From: Candidatus Thorarchaeota archaeon
Lineage (GTDB): Archaea > Asgardarchaeota > Thorarchaeia > Thorarchaeales > Thorarchaeaceae
Assembly (NCBI GenBank): GCA_003345545.1
Contig: PRDH01000044.1
Span: forward strand, 1-64,000
Reading direction: 5' to 3'
Length of the DNA stretch: 64,000 nt
In this document: positions 29,901-38,743 of the stretch, in pieces
Position numbering within the stretch: the first letter of the stretch is position 1
Layout of the letters: each line of letters opens with the position of its first letter
Notes under the pieces: generated by a model
The model's database searches: none
Told to the model about the DNA's origin: nothing
The model's input: only the letters and a program-made list of their open reading frames with translations
Program-made: the position numbers and the translations under genes

Positions 29901-30680
29901 TCATTTTGTCGCGACAACAACCATTCTCTCAGACCCAGCTGAATACGGCATCCTCGGGAGAGTGTTCTGTCCATAGAATTCGACCTTCTTGAATCCAACT
30001 TCATTGAGCATTGCATGAATCTCAAGAGCGGTATACATCCGGATGTCGTTGTTAGACAGAGCATCCGAATCCATCAATACAATGCGGTCGTGTTCTGTAT
30101 CAACAAAGAGCGCAGGGCGTCCCCTGAGAACTCCTGCAGGAGCATCAAGCATGTGAGGCTCGCTCAGAAGATATCCGCCCTCAAGCTCTGTCCAAGTCTT
30201 ATGAAATCGTGGCAGGTTATACGGATTCATCAGATCCAGCAGAAGCTTCCCACTCTTCTTCAGCGCGGCAAAGACATCCCCGAGAATCCGTCTATTCACC
30301 TCGTGGTTGAAGAAACCAAAACTGTGACTAAGGAGCACAGCAGCATTGAACTGCTGGGTGAAGGACATGGCGCGCATGTCGCCAACCGAGAAGCCGATAG
30401 GCACATTCTCGCTCTTGGCACGCTCTCTTGCCACGCGAATCAGGGTCTCGGAGATATCAAAGGCAGTCACCTTGACTCCCTTCCTAGCGAACTCGATAGA
30501 CTGATCTCCAGAGCCGCAGGCAATGTCTAGGATTTCATTGTCTTTCTTGAGGCCCATCACGCCTATACAGAAGTCAACCACCAGACGGTCGTAGTCCTGA
30601 ATACCCTGAATAGCTCTTCGATGCTTGACTCTGAAGATTTCGGCCCAAAAGTCGTTCCAGCCAAGTTCAATATGCTCCAT
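29901..30680 (-). CDS. Class I SAM-dependent methyltransferase
   Basis: ILDIACGSG, FDIS, GDMR, SFGFF, LKKSGKLLLD. Confidence 0.9.
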   Translation of the reverse strand: MEHIELGWNDFWAEIFRVKHRRAIQGIQDYDRLVVDFCIGVMGLKKDNEILDIACGSGDQSIEFARKGVKVTAFDISETLIRVARERAKSENVPIGFSVGDMRAMSFTQQFNAAVLLSHSFGFFNHEVNRRILGDVFAALKKSGKLLLDLMNPYNLPRFHKTWTELEGGYLLSEPHMLDAPAGVLRGRPALFVDTEHDRIVLMDSDALSNNDIRMYTALEIHAMLNEVGFKKVEFYGQNTLPRMPYSAGSERMVVVATK

Positions 30681-30744
30681 AGAGGACAGACTCCGCTATC
30701 TGATTTGCTCGACTCGGATAAGAAGATTGTCATCACAAAAATAG

Positions 30745-30843
30745 AAAATGGAGAGGATTCGCCCCCGTATTCATCCGCCGGGAGGGGTCAGATTGGAACA
30801 GGTAACTCAAGAATGAGCTTTATCGACGAACCGTTCTCCAGCC
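30745..30843 (-). ncRNA. Candidate ~100-nt structured RNA (unknown family)
   Basis: TTTATA at 30869-30864; 5' and 3' ends pair (UGGAGA/UCUCCA, GGUUCGUC/GGCGAAUC); two internal hairpins; ends in UUUU. Confidence 0.5.
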
Positions 30844-31138
30844 ATGAAAATACGTAGTTTCCCTATAAATGTACTGCTCCTAGCCTAAACCTCCTGTTTT
30901 GACACAATAACGCGCAGCTGTTCGATTTTTGCAGCTCACCCTCACAACCATTGGAAAACTGGGTGTTTTCAGCTTCTCCCGAGCATTTGTGGAGAGAATC
31001 AGAGTAGAACCTGTCTGGTGAATCTGGCCAGAGATGATGAAATGACTCCTTCATCACTGCGGCGATGAGGAGGACTATGATCGTTCCTTCAGGTGCGAAA
31101 GAGATTTGGTTTGAAAACAGGAATCAACCCATGGAAGG

Positions 31139-31214
31139 TGGTAGCCCCGCCAGGATTCGAACCTAGGTCAGACGGGCCAGGGCCGCCTATGCTTGACCAC
31201 TACACCACGGGGCT
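31139..31214 (-). tRNA. tRNA-Gln (anticodon CUG), intronless, CCA encoded
   Basis: AGCCCCG/CGGGGCT acceptor stem with A1-U72, D arm GTGT/GCAT, anticodon arm GGCGG-CCCTGGC-CCGTC, T arm CTAGG-TTCGAAT-CCTGG, ACCA end. Confidence 0.95.
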
Positions 31215-31350
31215 ATGTATGCAGCGTTGACTGCATTGGAAACCTACACCCTCGGTTTTTCATCTTTTCGGTTCTAGAATCGTGATGGATTGGACAGAGG
31301 CATTTCGCCTCATTTATTAGATTGCGAGAGCACAGTCGAACGACAAACCT

Positions 31351-32085
31351 ATGCCAATCTGGTCTGAATTATCACACACGAATTTCCCTGGAGTGTCATC
31401 TAGGACAGAGGTTGCCGTAATGGTGACCGGAGCCCTCGAAGCCCACGGTTTGCATCTTCCGCTTTCAACAGACACTATTCTCCCAACCTATCTAGCAGAG
31501 CGAATAGCATCAAAGACAAGGGCACTCGTTCTTCCTTCGATTCCATTTGGCGACAGCTGGAATTTCGACAACTTTGAAGGCACTATATCGATTGCCCCTG
31601 AAGCACTGATAGGCTTTTACTCCTCGGTCATGACGGGAGTCTTCAAACAGGGTTTCAGGTACCTTATCGTTTTGAATGGACACGGCGGCAATATCCCAGA
31701 GTTAACAATCGCTGCCAAGACCGCCACTGAAACAGGACAGAGAGTCGTCATCATTGTCAATTGGTACAAGGATCTTGCTGAGTCAGCACGCAAACTTGTT
31801 GAAGAAACTCCGATGGGACATGCTGCAGAAGATGAAACATCGGAAGTCATGCATGTACGACCAGACCTTGTCGACCTTTCTAAGGCAGAATCCCATCGAG
31901 TTGTGACAAAGTTCACTATCATCTCCGGGATGTCTAGAGAAGAACTGCTTCCGTCAGCGATGTACGGAGACCCGAGAAAGGCCACACCCGAGAAGGGCAA
32001 GCTCATTGTGGAGCAAGCCGAGGAAGAGCTAGTCAGACTCATCCAACAGCTTGAGAAGGGAGAACTCCCAATCACCAGGGATTGA
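31351..32085 (+). CDS. Creatininase / creatinine amidohydrolase family protein
   Basis: GALEAHGLHLPLSTD, NGHGGN, HAAEDETS, ATPEKG. Confidence 0.9.
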   Translation: MPIWSELSHTNFPGVSSRTEVAVMVTGALEAHGLHLPLSTDTILPTYLAERIASKTRALVLPSIPFGDSWNFDNFEGTISIAPEALIGFYSSVMTGVFKQGFRYLIVLNGHGGNIPELTIAAKTATETGQRVVIIVNWYKDLAESARKLVEETPMGHAAEDETSEVMHVRPDLVDLSKAESHRVVTKFTIISGMSREELLPSAMYGDPRKATPEKGKLIVEQAEEELVRLIQQLEKGELPITRD

Positions 32086-33009
32086 TTAAATTCCCACTTT
32101 GAAGATCAGAGCATCACGCAGGACTCTCTGAAACATTCTGAGTAGATTCTTTCCCTCAGTAGCTATTGTGGCAAATACTGGATATCCTTCTAGATCCAGC
32201 ATCTGCACCATGTAATCTACTGGGAGCGCATTCGGGAGATCTCTCTTGTTCAATGACACTATGATAGGCAACATTGCCATTCGGTCAGTCCCGAGAGCAA
32301 TCCGTAATTCCTGAATTGACGCAAGATTCTCGTTCATCTGTTCGGGGGTGGAGTCAGCCATGAAAATGAGTCCATCACAATCACGCAATACCTTGATACG
32401 ACTGGCAGCATGACGACGTTGACCCGCGACTGTGAAGACGTCAAAAACCATTCTATCGCTCGCAGACACAGGAATAAAGTCAAAGAATGTCGTTCTACCT
32501 AGCTCATCAGAAATCTCAACAATCTTCCCCTTTGCAAGAGACCGTACATTTGCAAAAAGCCATCTAAGTGCTGTGGTCTTGCCAGAGAGAGAGGGGCCAT
32601 AAAACACAATCTTGATATGAACACGACCTTCCTCGTCGCGTTTCAAGACCTTTCCGGGTACAATCTCGGCAGCTGTCTGAGGGTGAATTCGAGCCCTCTT
32701 TGCATAATCTACTGTCTTCTCTGCATCAACTGCTATTTCCTCTGATGATGCGATGAGTCTACCCATAGATACTCCCGCAGGAACTCGTTCTTCAAAAACC
32801 TTGGTGCGAGGAACTGCCATCGTCTTCGGTTTCTTAGGAGGGCTCCCGGTGATGCCTTCAACTGGAGCTGCCGAGCCTAGTTCAGCCTTAGAGGGTGTGT
32901 CTTCTTCCTTCGGCGCCTTAGAACGCCTTCCAAACCTCCTGAATATCGGCAATCTGCTCTCCGAGATTTGACAGTGCGATGGTAGTCTTAAACCTTCGGG
33001 GAACTTCAT
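32086..33009 (-). CDS. MglA-like small GTPase with long N-terminal extension
   Basis: KIVFYGPSLSGKTT, RTTFFDF, TVAGQ (MglA-type G3), NKRD. True start may be the TTG at 32952. Confidence 0.85.
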   Translation of the reverse strand: MKFPEGLRLPSHCQISESRLPIFRRFGRRSKAPKEEDTPSKAELGSAAPVEGITGSPPKKPKTMAVPRTKVFEERVPAGVSMGRLIASSEEIAVDAEKTVDYAKRARIHPQTAAEIVPGKVLKRDEEGRVHIKIVFYGPSLSGKTTALRWLFANVRSLAKGKIVEISDELGRTTFFDFIPVSASDRMVFDVFTVAGQRRHAASRIKVLRDCDGLIFMADSTPEQMNENLASIQELRIALGTDRMAMLPIIVSLNKRDLPNALPVDYMVQMLDLEGYPVFATIATEGKNLLRMFQRVLRDALIFKVGI

Positions 33010-33031
33010 CCGCAGTGAGCTTTATCAAGAA

Positions 33032-34177
33032 ATGGCATCCCTGATGCAGTTCATGACGGACACCATCGACCGCAAGTTCATTTCAGAAACGTGGCCCACC
33101 CTCGAACATCTGACCTATCTCAATAATGCATCCACTGGCATCCCGCCCGTGGCGACTATCAATTCAATGAAGGAGTATCTGGACAATAGCGTAGAAGCAA
33201 TTGGCGACTTTGAGGATACGCTGAATCTCTTCAAATCAATAAGGATTGACCTTGCCAAGCTACTTGGCGGAGACTACTGCCAATATGGCTTTGTACCGAG
33301 TACCAGTTCAGGCGTCAACTCGTTCGGACATAGCATACAGTATCCAGCCGATTCAAACATTGTTCTGTGCGATCTGGAGTTTCCTGCTAACTATATTCCT
33401 TGGCAGAATATTAGCAAGCTCTACGGTCCAGAACTCAGAGTGGTGAAGTCCACGGATGGAGCGGCATCAGTAGATGATTTCGCTAGTGCAATCGATGAGA
33501 ACACGCGCGTCGTCGCCGTCAGTCAAATACAGTTCGGGAGTGGATTTCGAACCGACCTACGAGCGCTATCAAAGGTCACCCATGCCAACTGTGCACTTTT
33601 GTCGGTGGATGTCATCCAAGCAGCAGGATGTATTGAAACAGATCTGTCGAAACTGCATATTGATTTTGCGACAGCGCAAGCAGCAAAATGGCTTCTAGGA
33701 CCTGTGGGGGCGGGGTTTGTCTATGTGGCTTATTCAATCATTGAGGAAGTCCAACCGAGGTTTCTAGGTTGGTGGGGGGTTGAACAACTCAATGAATACA
33801 GTTACTTTGATAGGAAACCGTTGAGTGACGCGCAGAAATTCCAAGTCGGTTCGCCGGCTATGATTGCGTATGTGGGCTTCTCGGAGTCACTCAAGATACT
33901 TCTGCAGATATCAAACCAGAAACGAGAGAAGGCAGCCCTAGCGGTCGCGGACTATTTGCGGAAACGTCTGTCAGAACTTGATATCCCCCATTACGATTTT
34001 GGAGAAAAGAACAATTCGGCGATTGTATCATGCAAGCCACCAGATGTTGAGAAACTAAACGAGAAACTCATCAAAGAGAAGATCTACTGCTCTGTACGCA
34101 GCGGTCGACTACGAGTGTCACCACACTTCTACAACACGAATGAAGAGGTTGACAGATTAGTGGAGCATCTCAGGTGA
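33032..34177 (+). CDS. Aminotransferase class V PLP enzyme (cysteine desulfurase/kynureninase-like fold)
   Basis: YLNNAST, DVIQAAG, AAKWLLGP, RVSPHFYN. Confidence 0.88.
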   Translation: MASLMQFMTDTIDRKFISETWPTLEHLTYLNNASTGIPPVATINSMKEYLDNSVEAIGDFEDTLNLFKSIRIDLAKLLGGDYCQYGFVPSTSSGVNSFGHSIQYPADSNIVLCDLEFPANYIPWQNISKLYGPELRVVKSTDGAASVDDFASAIDENTRVVAVSQIQFGSGFRTDLRALSKVTHANCALLSVDVIQAAGCIETDLSKLHIDFATAQAAKWLLGPVGAGFVYVAYSIIEEVQPRFLGWWGVEQLNEYSYFDRKPLSDAQKFQVGSPAMIAYVGFSESLKILLQISNQKREKAALAVADYLRKRLSELDIPHYDFGEKNNSAIVSCKPPDVEKLNEKLIKEKIYCSVRSGRLRVSPHFYNTNEEVDRLVEHLR

Positions 34178-34863
34178 TTGACGTGTTTGATCAGATCAGA
34201 GAGTCTGTGTACTTCTTGGTGAGCCGTTCCTTCGATTCGAATATCACCTTCATAAAATCGAATGATCATCACATTCTGGTTGACACTGGTACTGGCCTCT
34301 ACGCGGAATCACTTGAGAATGAGCTTCACAGTCTAGGATCCTCCCTCTCTTCGATCACTGACATCATACTCACACACGCCCACATCGACCATATTGGGGG
34401 TGTGGTGCCTATTTTGGAGGTTGGCTCGCCCAAAATATACCTGCACAAAGCAGAGGCAGAGCACATCAATAGGGGAGACATGAGCTCGACCTTGAGCGAT
34501 ACCTTCGGGGCAGAATTGCCCCCACTGAGAGTGGAAGGCATACTTGAGGAGGGCTCGTCACTTGACTTTGGAAACGTGAAGATGAGGGTTTACCATACCC
34601 CGGGGCACTCAGAGGGTAGTATCACGATTGAACTCGAGGACACAGGAATCCTACTAACTGGGGACACTCTGTTTTCGGGAGGCAGTTTCGGAAGAGTAGA
34701 TTTCCCCACGGGCAGCCCAAAGAAGCTTGTAGAGTCCCTGAAACGAATCTCAGAAATGAAGTTTGACATCGGTCTTCCTGGACACATGAATGCAATGAAG
34801 TACAATGCAAAGAAGTCTGCACTGACATCTTATCAAATGGCAAAATCGATGTTCAGGATGTAA
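34174..34863 (+). CDS. MBL-fold metallo-hydrolase (glyoxalase II-like)
   Basis: THAHIDHIGG, HTPGHS, TGD, PGH. Confidence 0.9.
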   Translation: MIDVFDQIRESVYFLVSRSFDSNITFIKSNDHHILVDTGTGLYAESLENELHSLGSSLSSITDIILTHAHIDHIGGVVPILEVGSPKIYLHKAEAEHINRGDMSSTLSDTFGAELPPLRVEGILEEGSSLDFGNVKMRVYHTPGHSEGSITIELEDTGILLTGDTLFSGGSFGRVDFPTGSPKKLVESLKRISEMKFDIGLPGHMNAMKYNAKKSALTSYQMAKSMFRM

Positions 34864-35842
34864 TCAGAGTATCAACCAATTCGTCCACAGCAAGATGCTT
34901 GATGGCAGTAGACCTCGTGGGGTCCTTCAGATACTCAGTTTCAATCGCCTTGATTAGGGCATACACAGTTTCGTTTGAAGGCGTGTCAATGCCAAGCTCC
35001 TTTCCAAGTCTTATGATCTCTCCTGTGATTGCATCAATCTCGGTTCGCTTCCGCGCCAGTATGTCCTGAAGCATGGAATTGATGTTATTCCCAGTGGCCT
35101 TAGCAGTTCCGAGCGCATAGCGTACAGGGTCCTTAGTCGTGAGTTCGATGCCAAGTGCATTCACGACCTCCATGGCCTCTTCGATGAGTCTGACTACAAG
35201 TACTCTCAGCTGGTGATTCTTGTAGACCTCTCCATTAGTGAGGCCTGTCAATGCTCCCACGGGGTTTATACCACAGTTCACAAGTGTCTTAGTCCAGACC
35301 ACACCTTCGATGTTTGGACTTGATTGGACATCAAAACCACAGTCCTTGAGCATTGCAGTGATCATTTCGACGAACCCATAGTTCTCAGGAAAACGCGAAC
35401 CGAGCTCTGTGAGGCCACAACCTGTCGCCGTGACGACACCAGGTGCTGTTCGGACTGCGCCCATACATGTTGTTGCTCTTAGGACTCGTGTTGTGCGGAG
35501 TGTGTCAGCCACAAGTTGCTCTGTTCCAATGCCATTCTGGATTATGAGGATGAATGCGCCCGCGTCAACGAGATGTTTGGCAGCGCTGATAGCTGAAGCT
35601 GTATCATAGGTCTTTGTGGTAAGAAGAATCAGGTCTGCCTCGGTGACCTCAGACACATCGTCAACCGCATCGAGATGAAAGAGATGCTCTCCCATGACGC
35701 CTCGGATGGTGAGACCTTTTGAACGAATCGCGGCTATGTGAGGATTCCTGCCAACAAGAATCACTTTGTTATTCTCTATAGTGCTAAGAAAAGCACCATA
35801 CAAGCTTCCAATGGCTCCGGACCCCAAAACAACAATCTTCAT
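34853..35842 (-). CDS. panE: 2-dehydropantoate 2-reductase
   Basis: GSGAIG, QNG, WTKTLVNCGINP, SMLQD...TEIDAITG; clustered with pps and pok. Confidence 0.92.
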   Translation of the reverse strand: MKIVVLGSGAIGSLYGAFLSTIENNKVILVGRNPHIAAIRSKGLTIRGVMGEHLFHLDAVDDVSEVTEADLILLTTKTYDTASAISAAKHLVDAGAFILIIQNGIGTEQLVADTLRTTRVLRATTCMGAVRTAPGVVTATGCGLTELGSRFPENYGFVEMITAMLKDCGFDVQSSPNIEGVVWTKTLVNCGINPVGALTGLTNGEVYKNHQLRVLVVRLIEEAMEVVNALGIELTTKDPVRYALGTAKATGNNINSMLQDILARKRTEIDAITGEIIRLGKELGIDTPSNETVYALIKAIETEYLKDPTRSTAIKHLAVDELVDTLITS

Positions 35843-36654
35843 GATTCTCTCACTCCAGCTGGTTTCTTCTGACGGAGGACACTAATATCTCGTGATAGTT
35901 CCTCAAGTCTTGATGTAATGAAACGAATTGATTGACCAAGGTTCTGATCGTTGTTGAAACTCCGAACAATCTCTTGCAACTCACGCTTCGGCTTCTTTTT
36001 CAATTTCAAGGCATACTTGACCATCAGAGGCAGTGCACGAACAACATTATCCACGATGGTGATATCAGCATAGATGGCAGTTCTGCTCATGGGATTCAGG
36101 TCTATCGCAACCACGAATTTCCCTTCGGACTTCAATGCCTCTGTTCTGTCTCCATCTTCTAGAGGGACAACCACAACATCTGCAGCCCAAATTCCCTCCG
36201 AATCGACTTTCCGGCGATTGCTGCTGAGTTCGGGGATTGTAGCGGATGGTCGGTCCCGGGTGCCTAGTACTGCTTTCGCACCAGCTGTTCTTAGCACACG
36301 AATGATGGCATCCTCTCGGTCTTCTCGATAGTAGAACAAGTTGATCTCCAGAGGAGCACGAGTGATCTCGGAGAGTGCAACCAAGTCATTAGGAACGAGT
36401 GAGCATGTATTTCCATTGACGCTTATCACCGGATGCCTGGCAAGCAATAATGATGCAACTGCGGCTTTGATGGCTTTTTCAGCCAGCTGTGTTGTCTGTT
36501 CTCCGATGAGATAGTCAAAAGCCTCACCCCGACCATGTGCAAGTAGCCCAGCAGTGGCAACGACATGGTCTGTGTGACCTGCAATAATCGTATCGCGAAT
36601 AAGTAGAGACACCTTTCGCGGGTGATCAGCAGGGATTTCTGTTTCCACCGTCAT
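35839..36654 (-). CDS. pps: 4-phosphopantoate--beta-alanine ligase (phosphopantothenate synthetase)
   Basis: AHGRGEAFDYLIGE, PVISVNGN, VPLEDGDR, IDLNPMSRT. Confidence 0.93.
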   Translation of the reverse strand: MTVETEIPADHPRKVSLLIRDTIIAGHTDHVVATAGLLAHGRGEAFDYLIGEQTTQLAEKAIKAAVASLLLARHPVISVNGNTCSLVPNDLVALSEITRAPLEINLFYYREDREDAIIRVLRTAGAKAVLGTRDRPSATIPELSSNRRKVDSEGIWAADVVVVPLEDGDRTEALKSEGKFVVAIDLNPMSRTAIYADITIVDNVVRALPLMVKYALKLKKKPKRELQEIVRSFNNDQNLGQSIRFITSRLEELSRDISVLRQKKPAGVRES

Positions 36655-37577
36655 ACCAACCTCCCGCCAATGTGTGAAACTGAAGTCGCACTCACTTGAG
36701 ACCTGTCCCAGTATCTATCCAGGATATCAATCACGTTGCTGAACTCGCTATCATCGCAGAAGCAAAACACTGAATCACCTAACATGACCATGCTAGATTG
36801 CGAGAATCCAGCAACATCCAAGTCGTGAAGTGCATCGATGACCCTCTTTGTTGCAAGTCCGATGGAATTCGTGAAGTTCCTTGAACAAGAGATGAATGTT
36901 TTGAGGTCACGTCTTTTCATCATTCTATGAACAAGACGGTCGCCGGCCTTGTTGATTCTAGTACGGCTCTCTGGATTTGTTAGAACATCTCGGGTGTAGA
37001 TCCCTGGAGCTCCTGCAAGGACTACAGATGCGGGAGCGCTGCTTTCCATTCTCACTACTTCGCCAATGCCAGGACCGCCAGGATGAACACGAATCTCCAG
37101 ACCGCCTTTGGTCTGTGCAATGACATCACCGAGCCCTGTGTGATTTACTACCTCAGCCTCGTGCGCATAGCATGCAGCAGCATCGTAGCTCATCGCCGGG
37201 TCCAGAAGATGGCCGAGAGCAAGTGCTGTACCAAGGGCACCAGCCCCAGATGAACCAAAACCAGCACCGGAAGCGAGAGAGGACTTGTGCATAACATTCA
37301 CCTTGAGCTGCCTCTCATATTTCTGGACCATTCTTTGTACCACCGTGTGTGTTACTCGAGCATCAATTACCTCGCCATTGAAGATTGTAGTTATCTCTGG
37401 TCTGTCATTCTCAATTATGCTGACGGTTGTGTGTGTGCCAATCTCAACAGAGAAGCCTGCACCAGTAGATCCGCGCAAGAGGGGATCCTCAGCATCATCA
37501 TGGATTCTGAAGAATCCAGTTATGTGACCTGGAACGAAGGCCTGCGCAACCTTTGGCACGGTTTTTCTCTTGCTCAA
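36651..37577 (-). CDS. pok: Pantoate kinase (GHMP family)
   Basis: AFVPGHITGFF, GSTGAG, GAGFGSSGAGALG, TGLGDV, MLG. Confidence 0.92.
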   Translation of the reverse strand: MSKRKTVPKVAQAFVPGHITGFFRIHDDAEDPLLRGSTGAGFSVEIGTHTTVSIIENDRPEITTIFNGEVIDARVTHTVVQRMVQKYERQLKVNVMHKSSLASGAGFGSSGAGALGTALALGHLLDPAMSYDAAACYAHEAEVVNHTGLGDVIAQTKGGLEIRVHPGGPGIGEVVRMESSAPASVVLAGAPGIYTRDVLTNPESRTRINKAGDRLVHRMMKRRDLKTFISCSRNFTNSIGLATKRVIDALHDLDVAGFSQSSMVMLGDSVFCFCDDSEFSNVIDILDRYWDRSQVSATSVSHIGGRLV

Positions 37578-37692
37578 GGTGTGAGCTAAGGGACTCTCAA
37601 ATGAGTTGTTATTAAATATTCTTTACATAAAACAGGGTGCGTATATATATGTATATACATAACGGTTGAAGAGAGAGAATCGGGATCTGAAC

Positions 37693-38538
37693 CTACTTCA
37701 TGGGCACTAGACTTGTGTATTGTTTCACCCGTGGGTCTGCCGTTGGTGGTGCAGGATATGCCCATCGAGCATCGATATCGCGCCCGCTCAAATCAAAGAC
37801 ATTGAAGCTGCCCGAGGACCATGTCAGGGGACTGAAACCAAGGAGGAGGGTCTGTGTACGCCAGCTTGTTACCACGAGATGTCTGTTCATGCCTGCCGTA
37901 GGAACCACGAGGAAGACGTTGGAGAGTTCCATTAGTAGTGACGTACTGATTCGGTAGAAGAAGGTGTATGTCTTTCTATGCTCCTCTGTCCCTTGCTCAC
38001 GAAGGTCGTTGAGGTATCGTACGATGGTTTCGTCATGAACCGATGGATCCATAACATCCGAGAGCTCCTGAACGTCGACTACAACGGCGGTTTCGAAGTA
38101 GTAGGCAAGTGGGAACTCTGTGATGTGAAAAACGATGAACTTGTCTTTGCTAATGGCCTGGTAGAGATGCTGAAAGATGGCCTGTTTTGAATAGAGTGAG
38201 TTGGGATCAAGCGATGCCGGTGTGAAATTGTCAGATTCATCAGAAACAACTAGTCTGAACATGTCATCAAGCATATCGCCATCGTAGCCTATTCGCACCA
38301 TGTGATAGGGCAGATCTGTAGAACCCTCTTCCATTCTTCCTGTCGACACAAGAAACTCGTTGAAGTCTCGCTGAAATGTATCGACCTCATTGTCATTATC
38401 GGTCACAAAGAGCGATTGGGTAGGAGTGCCAAGAGAAGAAACAACCTTCTCATAGGACTGGAACCTTGTCTTCTTCTCGGTCTGAAATCCCTTCATGAGT
38501 TCATCCATGTTGCGAGAAGAGTCTGCCAAGTGTTCCAC
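37693..38538 (-). CDS. Hypothetical protein
   Basis: 281-aa ORF filling the gap between pok and coaBC; no motif recognised. Confidence 0.6.
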   Translation of the reverse strand: MEHLADSSRNMDELMKGFQTEKKTRFQSYEKVVSSLGTPTQSLFVTDNDNEVDTFQRDFNEFLVSTGRMEEGSTDLPYHMVRIGYDGDMLDDMFRLVVSDESDNFTPASLDPNSLYSKQAIFQHLYQAISKDKFIVFHITEFPLAYYFETAVVVDVQELSDVMDPSVHDETIVRYLNDLREQGTEEHRKTYTFFYRISTSLLMELSNVFLVVPTAGMNRHLVVTSWRTQTLLLGFSPLTWSSGSFNVFDLSGRDIDARWAYPAPPTADPRVKQYTSLVPMK

Positions 38539-38743
38539 ACCTACCGAAGGTTACGTCATATGGACATTCATTGATGGCAAATCCACTGAAACAGCCGCCA
38601 CCGTTACTCCCGCTCATCCTATTTGCCTCATATATTCTTTGCCCACCTGTGTATACCTGCACAATATTAGGGTAATACAGGCGATTCCAGTGTCAGCAAA
38701 ACGTCACCCACAAGTCTTATCCGACCCCTTATCCTCATAAAGG

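Noticed and set aside
30995-31060. Possible C/D box sRNA (GTGATGA...CTGA on the minus strand) downstream of the tRNA
   Set aside because: No convincing internal D'/C' boxes, and the putative C box is sequestered in a local hairpin.
31139-31214. tRNA as an integration site for a mobile element
   Set aside because: No integrase and no duplicated tRNA 3' end were seen in the window.
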